DNA of 64,000 nucleotides. It comes from an uncultured Gemmatimonadales bacterium (lineage in GTDB: Bacteria; Gemmatimonadota; Gemmatimonadetes; Longimicrobiales; RSA9). How positions within the stretch are numbered: the first letter of the stretch is position 1; every line of letters starts with the position of its first letter. Positions 9,246-19,753 of the stretch are shown piece by piece. The notes below the pieces were generated by a model. The model saw nothing but the letters and a program-made list of their open reading frames with translations. It searched no databases and was not told where the DNA came from. The DNA lies in assembly GCA_963708135.1 (NCBI GenBank), contig OY970192.1:5056001-5120000 (forward strand), in the 5' to 3' direction. A program made the position numbers and the translations under genes.

Positions 9246-10718
9246 ATGACGCCTGCCGCGACCCTGAAGTACGCGCCGGTCCAGAACCTGATCGGCGGCC
9301 GGCCCGCCGCCTCCGATGCGGCGCTTCTCGATGTCCACGATCCGGGGTGCGGCGAGGTGATCTCGCAGGTCCCGCTGTCTTCCGCAGGCGACGTGGACGC
9401 GGCCGTGCGCGCCGCGCAGCGCGCGCTCCCGGACTGGGCCGCGCTCCCCTTGAAGGAGCGGGTACAGGTCTTCTACCGCTACCGCACGCTGCTCGAGCGC
9501 GAGATCGATGCGCTCTCGGCGCTGGTGACGGAGGAGAACGGCAAGGTGGCCTCCGAGGCCCGGGCGGAGGTGCTGAAGTCCATCGAGCTGACGGAGTTCG
9601 CCTGCTCGCTGCCGCAGATCGCGGCGGGGGAGGTGATGGAGGTGAGCCGGGGGGTGGAGTGCCGCGTCGAGCGGCATCCGGTGGGCGTCGTCGCCTCGAT
9701 CACGCCGTTCAACTTCCCCAACATGGTGCCGAACTGGACGATCCCGAACGCGATCGCGCTGGGCAACTGCATGGTGCTGAAGCCGTCGGAGCTGGTGCCG
9801 CTCTCCGCCAACCGCATCGCGGAGCTGCTGGCGGAGGCGGGGCTGCCGGACGGCGTCTTCAACGTGGTGCACGGCGGCAGGGAGGCCGTGGAGGCGGTGT
9901 GCGACCACCCGGGCATCGCGGCGGTCAGCTTCGTGGGCTCGACGGCCGTGGCGAAGGTGGTCTACCGCCGGGCGACGTCGAGCCTCAAGCGGGCGCTCTG
10001 CCTGGGCGGCGCCAAGAACCACCTCATCGTGCTGCCGGACGCGGACGTCGAGATGGCGTCGTCGAACATCGTCGCCTCCATGTCGGGGTGCGCGGGGCAG
10101 CGCTGCATGGCGGCCGCCGTGATGGTGGCCGTGAGCGACACGGACCGCATCATCGCGCGCATGGTCGAGCACGCCCGGACGCTGGTGCCGGGCCGCGACG
10201 TGGGGCCGGTGGTCTCGCGCGCCGCGCTGGAGCGGATCACCGGTTACATCGACGAGGCGGAGGCCCAGGGCGCCGAGGTGCTGCTGGATGGGCGCGGCGC
10301 CGTGGTGCCGGGCCGCGAGGGCGGCTACTGGATCGGGCCCACGCTGATCGATCACGTCCGGCCGGACATGCGTATCGCGCAGGAGGAGGTGTTCGGCCCG
10401 GTGCTGGTCATCGTGCGGGCGGAGGACGTGGACCAGGCGCTCGAGATCGAGAACGCCTCGCCGTACGGCAACGCGGCGTCGGTGTTCACCGAGAGCGGCG
10501 GCATGGCGCGGCTGGTCACGGAGCGGGCGAGCGCCGGGATGGTGGGCGTCAACGTGGGCGTGCCGGTGCCGCGCGAGCCGTTCTCGTTCGGCGGGTGGAA
10601 CCAGTCGAGGTTCGGGGTCGGCGACGTGACCGGCCGCGGCTCGATCGAGTTCTGGACGCAGTCGAAGAAGACGACGACCAAGTGGAACCGCGAGGCCGGG
10701 GTCAACTGGATGTCGTGA
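9246..10718 (+). CDS. mmsA: CoA-acylating (methyl)malonate-semialdehyde dehydrogenase
   Basis: ITPFNFP, LKPSE, FVGST, GGAKNH, AGQRCMA, EEVFGPV, NVGVPVP motifs. Confidence 0.88.
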   Translation: MTPAATLKYAPVQNLIGGRPAASDAALLDVHDPGCGEVISQVPLSSAGDVDAAVRAAQRALPDWAALPLKERVQVFYRYRTLLEREIDALSALVTEENGKVASEARAEVLKSIELTEFACSLPQIAAGEVMEVSRGVECRVERHPVGVVASITPFNFPNMVPNWTIPNAIALGNCMVLKPSELVPLSANRIAELLAEAGLPDGVFNVVHGGREAVEAVCDHPGIAAVSFVGSTAVAKVVYRRATSSLKRALCLGGAKNHLIVLPDADVEMASSNIVASMSGCAGQRCMAAAVMVAVSDTDRIIARMVEHARTLVPGRDVGPVVSRAALERITGYIDEAEAQGAEVLLDGRGAVVPGREGGYWIGPTLIDHVRPDMRIAQEEVFGPVLVIVRAEDVDQALEIENASPYGNAASVFTESGGMARLVTERASAGMVGVNVGVPVPREPFSFGGWNQSRFGVGDVTGRGSIEFWTQSKKTTTKWNREAGVNWMS

Positions 10719-10798
10719 CGGGGTCGTCCCCGCCGCGAAGAATCGGCCATGCCGGATCCGGCATAGAGGGTTTCACCGCAGATAGGAGGGGCCAACCC

Positions 10799-11941
10799 AT
10801 GCCCGTCAACACATCGGTGATGTTCACCGGCATCGCGTTCGAGAACCCGTTCCTGCTGAGCTCGGCCCCGCCCACGGAGTCGGAGAACAACATCCGGCGC
10901 GCCTTCGACGCGGGTTGGGGCGGCGTCGTGGCCAAGACCATCGGGTTGCATCCGGTGGTGAACGTCTATGGCGCGCGCACCAAGTTCATCCGCACGACGC
11001 CGGAGACAGGCGAGGTCTCCATGCGCAAGCGACCCGGCGCGGCGCTGCACTCGTCGTGGAACTGGGAGCTCATCTCCGACAAGCCACTCGACTGGTGGCT
11101 GCCCGTGCTGCGCCGGCTCAAGGCGGACTACCCGCACAAGGTGCTCATCGCCTCCATCATGGCGGGCTCCGGCAGCGACAGGGAGTTGCGCGCCTGGCAG
11201 GAGCTGGCGGAGGGCTGCCAGGATGCCGGCGTGGACGGGCTCGAGCTCAACTTCTCCTGCCCGCACATGGACCGGAAGGACATGGGCTCCAACATCGGCA
11301 GGGACGAGGGCCTCTGCTCCACGGTGACGGAGGCGGTCAGCGCCGTCGCGAAGGTCCCCGTGTGGTGCAAGCTCACCCCCTCGACCGCCGACATCGTGGC
11401 CGAGGCCGCCGCCTGCTTCCGCGGCGGCGCGGACGCCGTGGTCTCCTCCAACACCTTCCCCGCGCTGCCGCCGATCGACCCCGAGACGCTCGAGTTCGAG
11501 ATCAACGTGGACGGGCTCGTCTCGAGCGGAGGCATGGGCGGGCCGGCCATCCTGCCAATGTCGCTGGCCAACATGGCGCAGATGACGCGCGCGCTGCCCG
11601 GCCGCTCCTTCTCCGGCATCGGCGGCATCAGCGACTTCAGGCAGGCGCTCAGCTATTTCCTGCTGGGCTGCGGCACCGTCCAGGTGTGCACGGCGGCCAT
11701 GCTCGACCAGGCCATCGGCCCCACCGTCATCCGCCGGCTGGTGGACGGGCTCGCCGAGTTCCTGGAGAAGAACGCCGAGCGCGGCTGGACGAGCGTGGAG
11801 GACTTCCGCGGGCTGCGCCGCGACCGCATCGTCGCCCAGTCGGAGATCCGCCGGCCCGAGAAGGCCGACTACCACGGCGGCTACGAGGAGATGGAGGGCT
11901 ACGCCAGGCCCGAGGCGCCCGCCACATCGGAGGCATCATGA
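10799..11941 (+). CDS. preA: Dihydropyrimidine dehydrogenase FMN subunit (PreA/PydA-like), no C-terminal ferredoxin domain
   Basis: RBS AGGAGG; FENPFLLSSAPPT, GWGGVVAKT, NWELISD, ELNFSCPH, KLTP, SGIGGI, VQVCT. Confidence 0.85.
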   Translation: MPVNTSVMFTGIAFENPFLLSSAPPTESENNIRRAFDAGWGGVVAKTIGLHPVVNVYGARTKFIRTTPETGEVSMRKRPGAALHSSWNWELISDKPLDWWLPVLRRLKADYPHKVLIASIMAGSGSDRELRAWQELAEGCQDAGVDGLELNFSCPHMDRKDMGSNIGRDEGLCSTVTEAVSAVAKVPVWCKLTPSTADIVAEAAACFRGGADAVVSSNTFPALPPIDPETLEFEINVDGLVSSGGMGGPAILPMSLANMAQMTRALPGRSFSGIGGISDFRQALSYFLLGCGTVQVCTAAMLDQAIGPTVIRRLVDGLAEFLEKNAERGWTSVEDFRGLRRDRIVAQSEIRRPEKADYHGGYEEMEGYARPEAPATSEAS

Positions 11942-13467
11942 GCGCGTACAGCAAAGTGGTTCGCGGCGGGCGGGTGGTCACGCCGGAAGGCGTCGTGGAG
12001 GCGGACGTCGGCATCGACGGCGAGCGCATCGCCGCGGTCGGCCCGGCGCTGGACGCGGGCAACGCGGAGGTCATCGACGCCGCCGGGCACTACGTGCTGC
12101 CGGGCGTGCTCGACGTGCACGTGCACCTCGAGCTGCCCTTCTGCGGCACCGTCTCCGCCGACGACTACCGCACCGGCACGCGCGCGGCGGCGCGCGGCGG
12201 CGTCACCACGCTGATCGACTTCGCCATCCCCTACGCCGGCGAGTCGCTCGGCCAGGCGGCGGACAACTGGCTGAAGAAGGCCGACGGCAGGGCGCTCATC
12301 GACTACACCTTCCACATCTGCATCACCCGCTACGCCGAGCACCGGGACCAGATCCGCGGCATGGTCGAGCGCGGCTTCCCGACCTTCAAGGAGTTCATGA
12401 TCTACGCGTCCGAGGGCTGGCAGTCGGACAATGCGGCGATGTTCGGCACGCTCGAGCAGATGAAGGAGCTCGGTTCGATGCTGCTGGTGCACGCCGAATC
12501 GGCGCGCGTCCTGGACGAGCTCATCGCCCGCTACCACACCCCCGAGATCATGCGCGAGTACGGTGCCCGGCTGCACGCCATGACCCGGCCCAACTTCATC
12601 GAGGCGGAGGCCATCCAGCGCGCCGTCACCTGGGCGGAGGTCACGGACGGACCCCTCTACATCGTGCACATGTCCACCCGCCAGGGCGCCGACATCGTGC
12701 GCGCCGCGCAGGCGCGCGGCGTGCCCGTGCTGGCCGAGACCTGCATCCAGTACCTCGTGCTCGACGACTCCGTGTTCGGCCGCCCCGACGGCCACCTCTT
12801 CGCCTGCTGCCCGCAGCTCAAGACGCCCGCCGACCAGGAGCGGCTCTGGCAGGGCCTGGCGAGCGGCGAGGTCAGCGTGATCTCGACCGACACCTGCACC
12901 TTCACGCGCGAGCAGAAGGCCATGTGGGACGGCGACTGGACGAAGATCCCCATGGGGCTGCCCGGCCTCGAGACGCTGCTGCCGCTCGCCTACACGCACG
13001 GCGTGCTGGGCGGGCGGATGGACATCGAGGAGCTGGTCCGCAAGCTGGCGACGAATCCCGCGCGCATCATGGGCCTCTACCCCCGCAAGGGGGTGATCCA
13101 GCCCGGCGCCGATGCCGACCTGGCCATCATCCACCCCGAGCACAGGATCGCCATCGACCCCGCGACAATGGAGGGCAGCGCCGACTGGAGTCCCTTCGAG
13201 GGCTGGGAGCTGGCCGGCTTCGCCCGCACCACGCTCAGCCGCGGCAATGTGATCGTGGACGACTACGAGGTGGTCGGCAGGGAGGGACGCGGACGCTGGC
13301 TGCCGCGCACATCGGCGGGAGAGCCGGCCCGGGAGGCGGCGGCACGCGGCGCGGCCGCCGGGCAGGGCGCGGCCGCGGCTGCCGGCGCCAGCCAGCCGGC
13401 GCGGCGCGGGAACGGCAATGGCGCGGCGCGGGGCGCGGGTGCGGCTTCGGCGCAGGTGAGCGCTTGA
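11938..13467 (+). CDS. hydA: Dihydropyrimidinase (D-hydantoinase)
   Basis: PGVLDVHVH metal motif, GGVTTLIDF, VHAE, YIVHMS, IPMGLPGLET, GADADL. Confidence 0.9.
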   Translation: MSAYSKVVRGGRVVTPEGVVEADVGIDGERIAAVGPALDAGNAEVIDAAGHYVLPGVLDVHVHLELPFCGTVSADDYRTGTRAAARGGVTTLIDFAIPYAGESLGQAADNWLKKADGRALIDYTFHICITRYAEHRDQIRGMVERGFPTFKEFMIYASEGWQSDNAAMFGTLEQMKELGSMLLVHAESARVLDELIARYHTPEIMREYGARLHAMTRPNFIEAEAIQRAVTWAEVTDGPLYIVHMSTRQGADIVRAAQARGVPVLAETCIQYLVLDDSVFGRPDGHLFACCPQLKTPADQERLWQGLASGEVSVISTDTCTFTREQKAMWDGDWTKIPMGLPGLETLLPLAYTHGVLGGRMDIEELVRKLATNPARIMGLYPRKGVIQPGADADLAIIHPEHRIAIDPATMEGSADWSPFEGWELAGFARTTLSRGNVIVDDYEVVGREGRGRWLPRTSAGEPAREAAARGAAAGQGAAAAAGASQPARRGNGNGAARGAGAASAQVSA

Positions 13468-14936
13468 GCGCCACGGTCGTCGCGCGGCCGGACTTCGTCA
13501 ACGTGGGGGAGGACCTGAGCGGGAGTCCGCTCTGGAACCCGGACCTCGCCCCCACGCCCCTCGAGCGGCGCACGTGGTCCACCTACAACGTCGCGGCGCT
13601 GTGGGTGGGCATGAGCGTGGTCATCACGACCTACACGCTCGCCTCCGGGCTGATGGCGCAGGGGATGTTCTGGTGGCAGGCGCTGCTCACCATCCTGCTC
13701 GGCAACGGCATCGTGCTGATCCCGATGGTGCTGAACGCGCACGCCGGCACGAAGTACGGCATCTCGTTTCCCGTGCTGTGCCGCGCGGCGTTCGGCGTGC
13801 GGGGGGCCAACATCGCCGCGATGCTGCGCGCCATCGTCGCCTGCGGCTGGTTCGGCATACAGACCTGGATCGGAGGGCTGGCGCTGGACACGCTGCTCAC
13901 GGCGGCGTGGGCCGGCTGGACGGGCGTGGGCGCGCACCTCGGTATCGCGTTCGCCATCTTCTGGCTCGTGCAGGTCGCCATCATCCTGCGCGGGACCGAC
14001 GCCATCAAGGCGCTCGAGAGCTGGAGCGCGCCTTTGCTGCTCGCGGGCGGCGGCGCGCTCATGGTCTGGGCCGCGGTGCGCGGCGGCGGCGTGGTCAACG
14101 TGCTGACCCGCTCCTCGGCGCTGCGGAGCGGGCAGGCCGACTTCTGGGACGTCTTCCCGGCCGGGCTGACGGCCGCCGTGGGCTACTGGGCGACGCTCTC
14201 GCTGAACATCCCCGACTTCACCCGCTACGCCCGCAGCCAGCGCTCGCAGATGCTGGGGCAGGCGCTGGGGCTGCCGACGACGATGACGGCGTTCGCCTTC
14301 ATCGGCGTCTTCGTCACGGCCGCCACGACCATCGTCTTCGGCAAGGCCGTGTGGGACCCCGTCGTGCTGATCGGCATGATCGGCAGCGCGCCGGTCATCA
14401 TCATCGGCGCGGTCGTGGTGCTGGTCGCGCAGCTCACGACCAACATGGCCGCCAACGTGGTCTCGCCATCCAACGACTTCTCCAACCTCGATCCCCGCCG
14501 CATCAGCTACGTGACCGGCGGCCTCATCACCGCGGTGCTCGGCATCGTGATCATGCCGTGGAAGCTGTACGCGGATGCCGCCGCCTACATCTTCACCTGG
14601 CTGCTGGGCTACTCCAGCCTGATGGGCGCGCTGGGCGGGATCCTCATCGCGGACTACTGGGTCCTCAGGCGCCAGCACCTGCTGCTGGCGGACCTCTTCA
14701 AGCCGGATGGCGCCTACCGCTACACCCGCGGCTTCCACATCCCGGCCATCCTGGCGCTGGTGCTCGCCGTGGCGCCCGTGGTGCCCGGCTTCATCCGCGC
14801 CGCGCTCACGCCCGGCGGCGTGGTGGCGCACCCGGGGCTGTCGGACCAGCTTTACTCGCACGCCTGGTTCGTCACCTTCATCGGCAGCTTCACCCTCTAC
14901 CTGCTCCTGACTCGAGGCGAGACCCACAATGGCTAG
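13464..14936 (+). CDS. NCS1 family nucleobase:cation symporter
   Basis: TTG overlapping upstream stop; WNPDLAP, GTKYGISFPV, WFGIQTWIGG, LSLNIPDFTRY; many hydrophobic helices. Confidence 0.9.
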   Translation: MSATVVARPDFVNVGEDLSGSPLWNPDLAPTPLERRTWSTYNVAALWVGMSVVITTYTLASGLMAQGMFWWQALLTILLGNGIVLIPMVLNAHAGTKYGISFPVLCRAAFGVRGANIAAMLRAIVACGWFGIQTWIGGLALDTLLTAAWAGWTGVGAHLGIAFAIFWLVQVAIILRGTDAIKALESWSAPLLLAGGGALMVWAAVRGGGVVNVLTRSSALRSGQADFWDVFPAGLTAAVGYWATLSLNIPDFTRYARSQRSQMLGQALGLPTTMTAFAFIGVFVTAATTIVFGKAVWDPVVLIGMIGSAPVIIIGAVVVLVAQLTTNMAANVVSPSNDFSNLDPRRISYVTGGLITAVLGIVIMPWKLYADAAAYIFTWLLGYSSLMGALGGILIADYWVLRRQHLLLADLFKPDGAYRYTRGFHIPAILALVLAVAPVVPGFIRAALTPGGVVAHPGLSDQLYSHAWFVTFIGSFTLYLLLTRGETHNG

Positions 14937-15798
14937 ACTCGTGAAGTGCGGCCTCATCCAGGCCCGCCACGCCTGCGCGACCGATGAAGACCTCGAGACC
15001 ATCCGCGAGGCCAACCTGGCCAAGCACATCGACATCATCGAGGACGCCGCCCGCGAGGGCGTGCAGGTGCTCTGCATGCAGGAGATCTTCACGGGGCCCT
15101 ACTTCTGCGCCGAGCAGACGCCGCGCTGGTACGACGCCACCGAGCACATTCCCGACGGGCCGACCACCAGGCTCATGCAGGAGCTCGCGCGCAAGCACGA
15201 GATGGTCATGGTCGTGCCGCTCTACGAGGAGGAGGGGACGGGCATCTACTACAACACCGCCGCCGTCATCGATGCCGATGGCACCTACCTCGGCAAGTAC
15301 CGAAAGAACCACATCCCGCACTGCGCGCCCGGCTTCTGGGAGAAGTTCTACTTCCGGCCCGGCAACCTGGGCTACCCGGTCTTCGACACGCGCTACGGCA
15401 AGGTGGGCGTCTACATCTGCTACGACCGCCACTTCCCGGAGGGCGCGCGCGAGCTCGGCCTCAACGGCGCCGAGATCGTGCTCAACCCCTCCGCCACCGT
15501 GGCCGGCCTGAGCGAGTACCTCTGGAAGCTGGAGCAGCCGGCGCACGCCGTGGCCAACGCCTACTTCGTCGGCGCCATCAACCGCGTGGGCTTCGAGGCG
15601 CCCTGGAACATCGGCGAGTTCTACGGCCAGAGCTACTTCGTCGATCCGCGCGGCCAGTTCCTGGCCACCGGCAGCCGCGACAAGGACGAGCTGGTGACCG
15701 CCGAGCTGGACCTCGACACCATCCGCGAGGTGCGCAACGTGTGGCAGTTCTACCGCGACCGCCGCCCGGAGACCTACTCGCGGACCGTGGAGCTCTGA
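14929..15798 (+). CDS. Beta-ureidopropionase (nitrilase/CN-hydrolase family)
   Basis: Catalytic E-K-C motifs CMQEIF, YRKNHIP, ICYDRHFPE; operon context. Confidence 0.88.
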   Translation: MARLVKCGLIQARHACATDEDLETIREANLAKHIDIIEDAAREGVQVLCMQEIFTGPYFCAEQTPRWYDATEHIPDGPTTRLMQELARKHEMVMVVPLYEEEGTGIYYNTAAVIDADGTYLGKYRKNHIPHCAPGFWEKFYFRPGNLGYPVFDTRYGKVGVYICYDRHFPEGARELGLNGAEIVLNPSATVAGLSEYLWKLEQPAHAVANAYFVGAINRVGFEAPWNIGEFYGQSYFVDPRGQFLATGSRDKDELVTAELDLDTIREVRNVWQFYRDRRPETYSRTVEL

Positions 15799-16274
15799 CC
15801 CCCGCCGCCGCGCCGCGCGGCTCGCTCCACCATCAGCCGGCAGCAGAGCGAGCCGCGCGCCGCGCCCTCGCCGAGCGTTGCCACCTCCGCCCAGCGCCAG
15901 TCCGCGTACTGCGTCACCTCCGGGTGCGGCTGGGGCACGGCCGGCTTGCCCGCCAGGATCCGCGCCTCCAGCAGCCGCATCTCCAGCGCGCAGGTCGGCC
16001 GCTCCTGCGCGCCTGAATTCAGCACCCGTCCCGGCTCGAGCGCCACGCCGAGCTTCTCCCGACCGCTCCGGACGACCGCGTCCTCCCACGTCTCGCCGGC
16101 GCGCAGGCTGCCGGCCGGGAGCCCCCAGAGGTTCGGCAACTCGGCGTCGTCCGGCGGGCGCAGGACCGTGAGCACGCGCCCGTCGCCGGAGGGATGGGGG
16201 ATGCCGAAGGAGACGGAGCGCTTGCGGCGCGGGGTGGGCGCCGACGGGCCACGCGGCTCGGGCGGAGCGGTCAC
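15774..16274 (-). CDS. NUDIX-family hydrolase with degenerate Nudix box
   Basis: WGLPAGSLRAGETWEDAVVRSGREKLGV resembles GX5EX7REUXEEXG. Confidence 0.65.
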   Translation of the reverse strand: MTAPPEPRGPSAPTPRRKRSVSFGIPHPSGDGRVLTVLRPPDDAELPNLWGLPAGSLRAGETWEDAVVRSGREKLGVALEPGRVLNSGAQERPTCALEMRLLEARILAGKPAVPQPHPEVTQYADWRWAEVATLGEGAARGSLCCRLMVERAARRGGGGQSSTVRE

Positions 16275-16283
16275 GTCGCCGCC

Positions 16284-16811
16284 CTATCTCCGCTCCTCGA
16301 ACACGATCACCTCTCCCACATCCGGATCCACGTCGGTCCCATTCTCGATCATGCCGAGCTTCTCGGCTACGCGCAGGGAGGCGACGTTCCAGGGCGGGAT
16401 GGTGGCGCGGATCGTCCGCAGCGCGGGGTCGCCCCACGCCCAGTCGAAGATGGCGCGGACGCCCTCCGTGCAGTAGCCGCGACGCTCGTGGGCGGGGTAG
16501 ATCGAGTAGCCGATCTGGACGACGCCCGCCGCATCGGGGTAGCCGCTGAACCCGGCCGCGCCGACCGGCACGGTGTCGTCGAGCCGGCTGAACAGCCAGA
16601 TGCTCCAGCCCGCGGGCGTCGCCGTCGCCCGCATGACCGCGCCGATCGAGGAGAGGTCCTCCTCGAGCAGCGGCGGGGCGAGGACGGGCTCGGGGAAGCG
16701 GACGCCGAGCACCTCCCGCAGGGCCGCGGCGTCGCCGGCGGCCCAGAGGTCCACGTCCTCCGGGGTGAGCCCCGTCGCCGCCAGGCGGGCCGTGCGCAGC
16801 GCCGGCCTCAC
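16284..16811 (-). CDS. GNAT (RimJ/RimL-like) N-acetyltransferase
   Basis: GTG overlapping upstream stop; VQIGYSIYPAHERRGYCTEG and NVASLRVAEKLG. Confidence 0.8.
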   Translation of the reverse strand: MRPALRTARLAATGLTPEDVDLWAAGDAAALREVLGVRFPEPVLAPPLLEEDLSSIGAVMRATATPAGWSIWLFSRLDDTVPVGAAGFSGYPDAAGVVQIGYSIYPAHERRGYCTEGVRAIFDWAWGDPALRTIRATIPPWNVASLRVAEKLGMIENGTDVDPDVGEVIVFEERR

Positions 16812-17884
16812 GTCGTCGCCGCCGTGATGGAGAGGATGCGCGGGAGGAAGCCGGCCACGAGCCTCCACGAGGTGCCGCCGTCGCGGCTCGCGAAAAGGTG
16901 GCCGCTCGAGGTGCCGAAGTAGACGCCGCACGGCTCCGCACCGTCGCTCGCCATCGCCTCGCGGAGCACCGAGACGTACGCGTCGCGCTGCGGCAGCCCG
17001 TCGCTCGGCGCGCTCCACGTCGCCCCCCCGTCCGTCGTGCGGTAGACGCGCAGCCGGCCGCCCACCGTCGTCCGCATGTGGCTCGACTCCTCCGGGATCA
17101 CCCAGGCGACGTCGGGGTCCGCCGGGTCCACCGCGAGCGCGTACCCGAAGTCGCTCGGCAGCTCGCCCGTGACCTCGACCCACGTCTCGCCCCCGTCGTC
17201 GCTCCGGTACGTGCCGCAGTGGTTCTGCTGCCAGAGCCGGTCCGGCCGGGCCGGGTGGACGCGCAGCTTGTGCACGCACTGCCCCGTCTCCGACACCTTC
17301 TGCGGCAGGAACTCCGCCCGCACCCCGCGGTTCAGCGCGCGCCAGCTCGCGCCGCCGTCGTCCGTGCGGTAGACACCGCCGGCGGAGAGCGCGCACCAGA
17401 CGCGCGCCGCGTCGCGCGGGTCCACCTCGATGGAGTGCAGCGCCAGCGCCCCGCCGGCCGGCTGCCAGCTCTCGCGCGTGGGGTGCTCGTTCAGCCCGGC
17501 CACGCTCCGCCACGAGCCGCCGCGGTCCCGCGAGACGAAGAGCCCCGCCGGCTCGATCCCCGCGTAGAGCGTGGCGGGCTCGCTCGCGTGCCCCGGCGCC
17601 AGCGCCCAGATCGCCGCGAGCCCGCGCTCGTCCGCGTGCTCCGGCGCGGCCTCCAGCACCTCCCAGCTCGCGCCGCCATCCTCGCTCCGGTGCACGTGCG
17701 CGCCCCAGACCGCGTGCGAGGTGGCGGCCCACGCCGTCCGGCCGTCGCGCGGGTCGAGGAGCGCGTGGTAGACCTCGCGGCCCACCAGCAGCGGCTCCGA
17801 GAGCGTCCACCGCTCGCGCGCCGCGTCCGAGCGCGCCAGGAACAGGCCGCGCTTCGTGCCGATGAAGAGGGTGATCTCGGGCAT
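16808..17884 (-). CDS. BNR/Asp-box beta-propeller (sialidase-like / WD40-YVTN) protein
   Basis: Repeated SxDGGxSW/TW Asp boxes; QQNHCGTYRS and LPSDFG. Confidence 0.85.
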   Translation of the reverse strand: MPEITLFIGTKRGLFLARSDAARERWTLSEPLLVGREVYHALLDPRDGRTAWAATSHAVWGAHVHRSEDGGASWEVLEAAPEHADERGLAAIWALAPGHASEPATLYAGIEPAGLFVSRDRGGSWRSVAGLNEHPTRESWQPAGGALALHSIEVDPRDAARVWCALSAGGVYRTDDGGASWRALNRGVRAEFLPQKVSETGQCVHKLRVHPARPDRLWQQNHCGTYRSDDGGETWVEVTGELPSDFGYALAVDPADPDVAWVIPEESSHMRTTVGGRLRVYRTTDGGATWSAPSDGLPQRDAYVSVLREAMASDGAEPCGVYFGTSSGHLFASRDGGTSWRLVAGFLPRILSITAATT

Positions 17885-17989
17885 CCTCACAAGCTAGCAG
17901 GCAAGGGCCCGCGGCCGCGATGGTCGCCCCCGCGCGGGGCCCCGGGCCGGGGCCGGCGCATGGTCGGCGCCCCGGTGCCGGGCGTGGCG

Positions 17990-18360
17990 AGAGTGGGGGA
18001 GTGGGGGAGTGGGGGAGTGGGTGATGTTCGCGGCGGGAGCACGTTCGCCGGGGAGCACCGGCTCCAGCGGGTGCGTCACTGCCGCCCGGCAGGGCCGGCC
18101 GTCGCGCGCGGGGCGGACCAAACTCCCACATCGTCGCCGGCGGGGAGTCGCCCTTGCAGAAAGGGCCGCTATGCGGACCAAAGTCCCCGGTGGTTCGCGC
18201 CGCCATCGACGCGACGGGACTTTGGTCCGCATAGCGGCTCAAAGTCCGGCCGGACCCCGAAGCGTGCCACGGTCGTGCAGAAATGTCCGCCCGCGGACCC
18301 GCGGGCCGGCCCACCGCGCGAATTCCGCCCTGCCAGGCACATCACCCGCTCACCCACTCC
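17990..18360. repeat. Intergenic composite repeat: (GAGTGGGG)n end plus a 23-bp perfect inverted repeat
   Basis: gagtgggggagtgggggagtgggggagtgg at 17991; GCCGCTATGCGGACCAAAGTCCC...GGGACTTTGGTCCGCATAGCGGC at about 18165-18238. Confidence 0.7.
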
Positions 18361-19715
18361 GCGCCTCCGCCACTCGGGGCACGCGGACGGGACGCGTGCC
18401 GCGCCCGCCCGCCCGCCTCGCCCGCGCGGTGCACGCCGAGTCGGAGCAGGATCGGGCCGGCGAGCTGGTGCAGCGCCATCGTCGCCAGGAACAGGGTGCG
18501 CATGGACGCGCCGGCATCGGGGAGCACGCGCGCGGCCACGGTGACGAGGCCGACGGCGACGCCGGCCTGCGAGATCAGGCCGAGCCAGGCGTAGCGTTCC
18601 ACCACCGGCTCGGCGCGGGCGAGGCGAGCGCCCGTGCGGCAGCCGAGCCAGAGCGCCAGGGTGCGCGTGCCCACGACGACGAGCGCCAGCACCCACAGCG
18701 TGCGCAGTTCCGAGAGCCGGATCGAGGCGCCGGCCAGCGCGAAGAAGAGCGCGTAGGCCGGGATCCCGACCGTGTGCAGCGCCTTCACCAGCGGCTCGCC
18801 GTTCGTGGGGCTCACGTTCTCGACGAAGAAGCCGGCCGACAGCATGAACAGCATGAACTCCACGTGCAGCGCGTCGGCCACCTCGAAGCCGAGCAGGGCG
18901 AGGAAGATGACGAAGATCGGCAGCTGCTTGCCGATCCAGCGCAGGTAGCCGTCGATCAGGAGGCCGAGCACGCCTCCGGCGACGATGGCGCCGATCAGCT
19001 CCCACGCCACCGCGCCGAGCGAGGCGAAGTCGATGCCGCCGCCGCCCGTCACCCCGCGCGCGAGGGCGAGCGTCAGCGTGACCAGCAGCACGACCACGAC
19101 GTCGGCGGCGACCACCACGCCGAGCACCGTTTCGGCGAGTGGCCCGTCCGCCTCCTCCTCGTCCAGCACGGCGAGCGTCGCGGCCGGCGAGCCGATCGCG
19201 GCGATCGCCGCGAAGACGAGCGCGAGCGCCACCGCCGCGCCCAGGCCGCGGCCGGCGAGGAAGGGGGCCGCGCCGCGCGCGGCGACCAGGCCGGCGGTCA
19301 CGAGCACGAGCACCGCGCCCACCTGGAGCAGCAGGATCCAGAGGATCGCGCGGCCGCGGGCCCGGAGCATGGACGGCCGCAGCTCGCCGCCCGCCACGAA
19401 CGCGATGACGCCGATCGCCAGCCGGTCCAGCAGCGCCAGGTCGAGGATGTTCTTCTCCGTGATCAGCCCGAGCGCCTCCGGACCGAGCAGGATCCCCACC
19501 AGCAGGTAGCCCGTGATCCCCGGGAAGCCCACCGTCCGCGCCAGCTGCCCCACCAGCGTGGCCACGAGGAACAGGAACCCCGCCGTCATCGCGAGCTCAC
19601 CGAAGCTCGCCCCCCGCGCCACGGCGGGGATGGGCACGGCGCGCAGCAGCCAGAAGAGCGCGATGAGCACCGCCGCCGGTGCGGCGTGCGAGATGGCGCG
19701 GGTGGCCCGGGTCAT
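18342..19715 (-). CDS. Cation:proton antiporter (CPA2-like)
   Basis: About 12 TM segments; PGITGYLLVGILLGP, AIGSPAATLAV, SQAGVAVGL. Confidence 0.85.
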   Translation of the reverse strand: MTRATRAISHAAPAAVLIALFWLLRAVPIPAVARGASFGELAMTAGFLFLVATLVGQLARTVGFPGITGYLLVGILLGPEALGLITEKNILDLALLDRLAIGVIAFVAGGELRPSMLRARGRAILWILLLQVGAVLVLVTAGLVAARGAAPFLAGRGLGAAVALALVFAAIAAIGSPAATLAVLDEEEADGPLAETVLGVVVAADVVVVLLVTLTLALARGVTGGGGIDFASLGAVAWELIGAIVAGGVLGLLIDGYLRWIGKQLPIFVIFLALLGFEVADALHVEFMLFMLSAGFFVENVSPTNGEPLVKALHTVGIPAYALFFALAGASIRLSELRTLWVLALVVVGTRTLALWLGCRTGARLARAEPVVERYAWLGLISQAGVAVGLVTVAARVLPDAGASMRTLFLATMALHQLAGPILLRLGVHRAGEAGGRARHASRPRAPSGGGAEWVSG

Positions 19716-19753
19716 GGGGGAAGGATGGGCGGGGGCGGGGGTGGCGACAAGCC

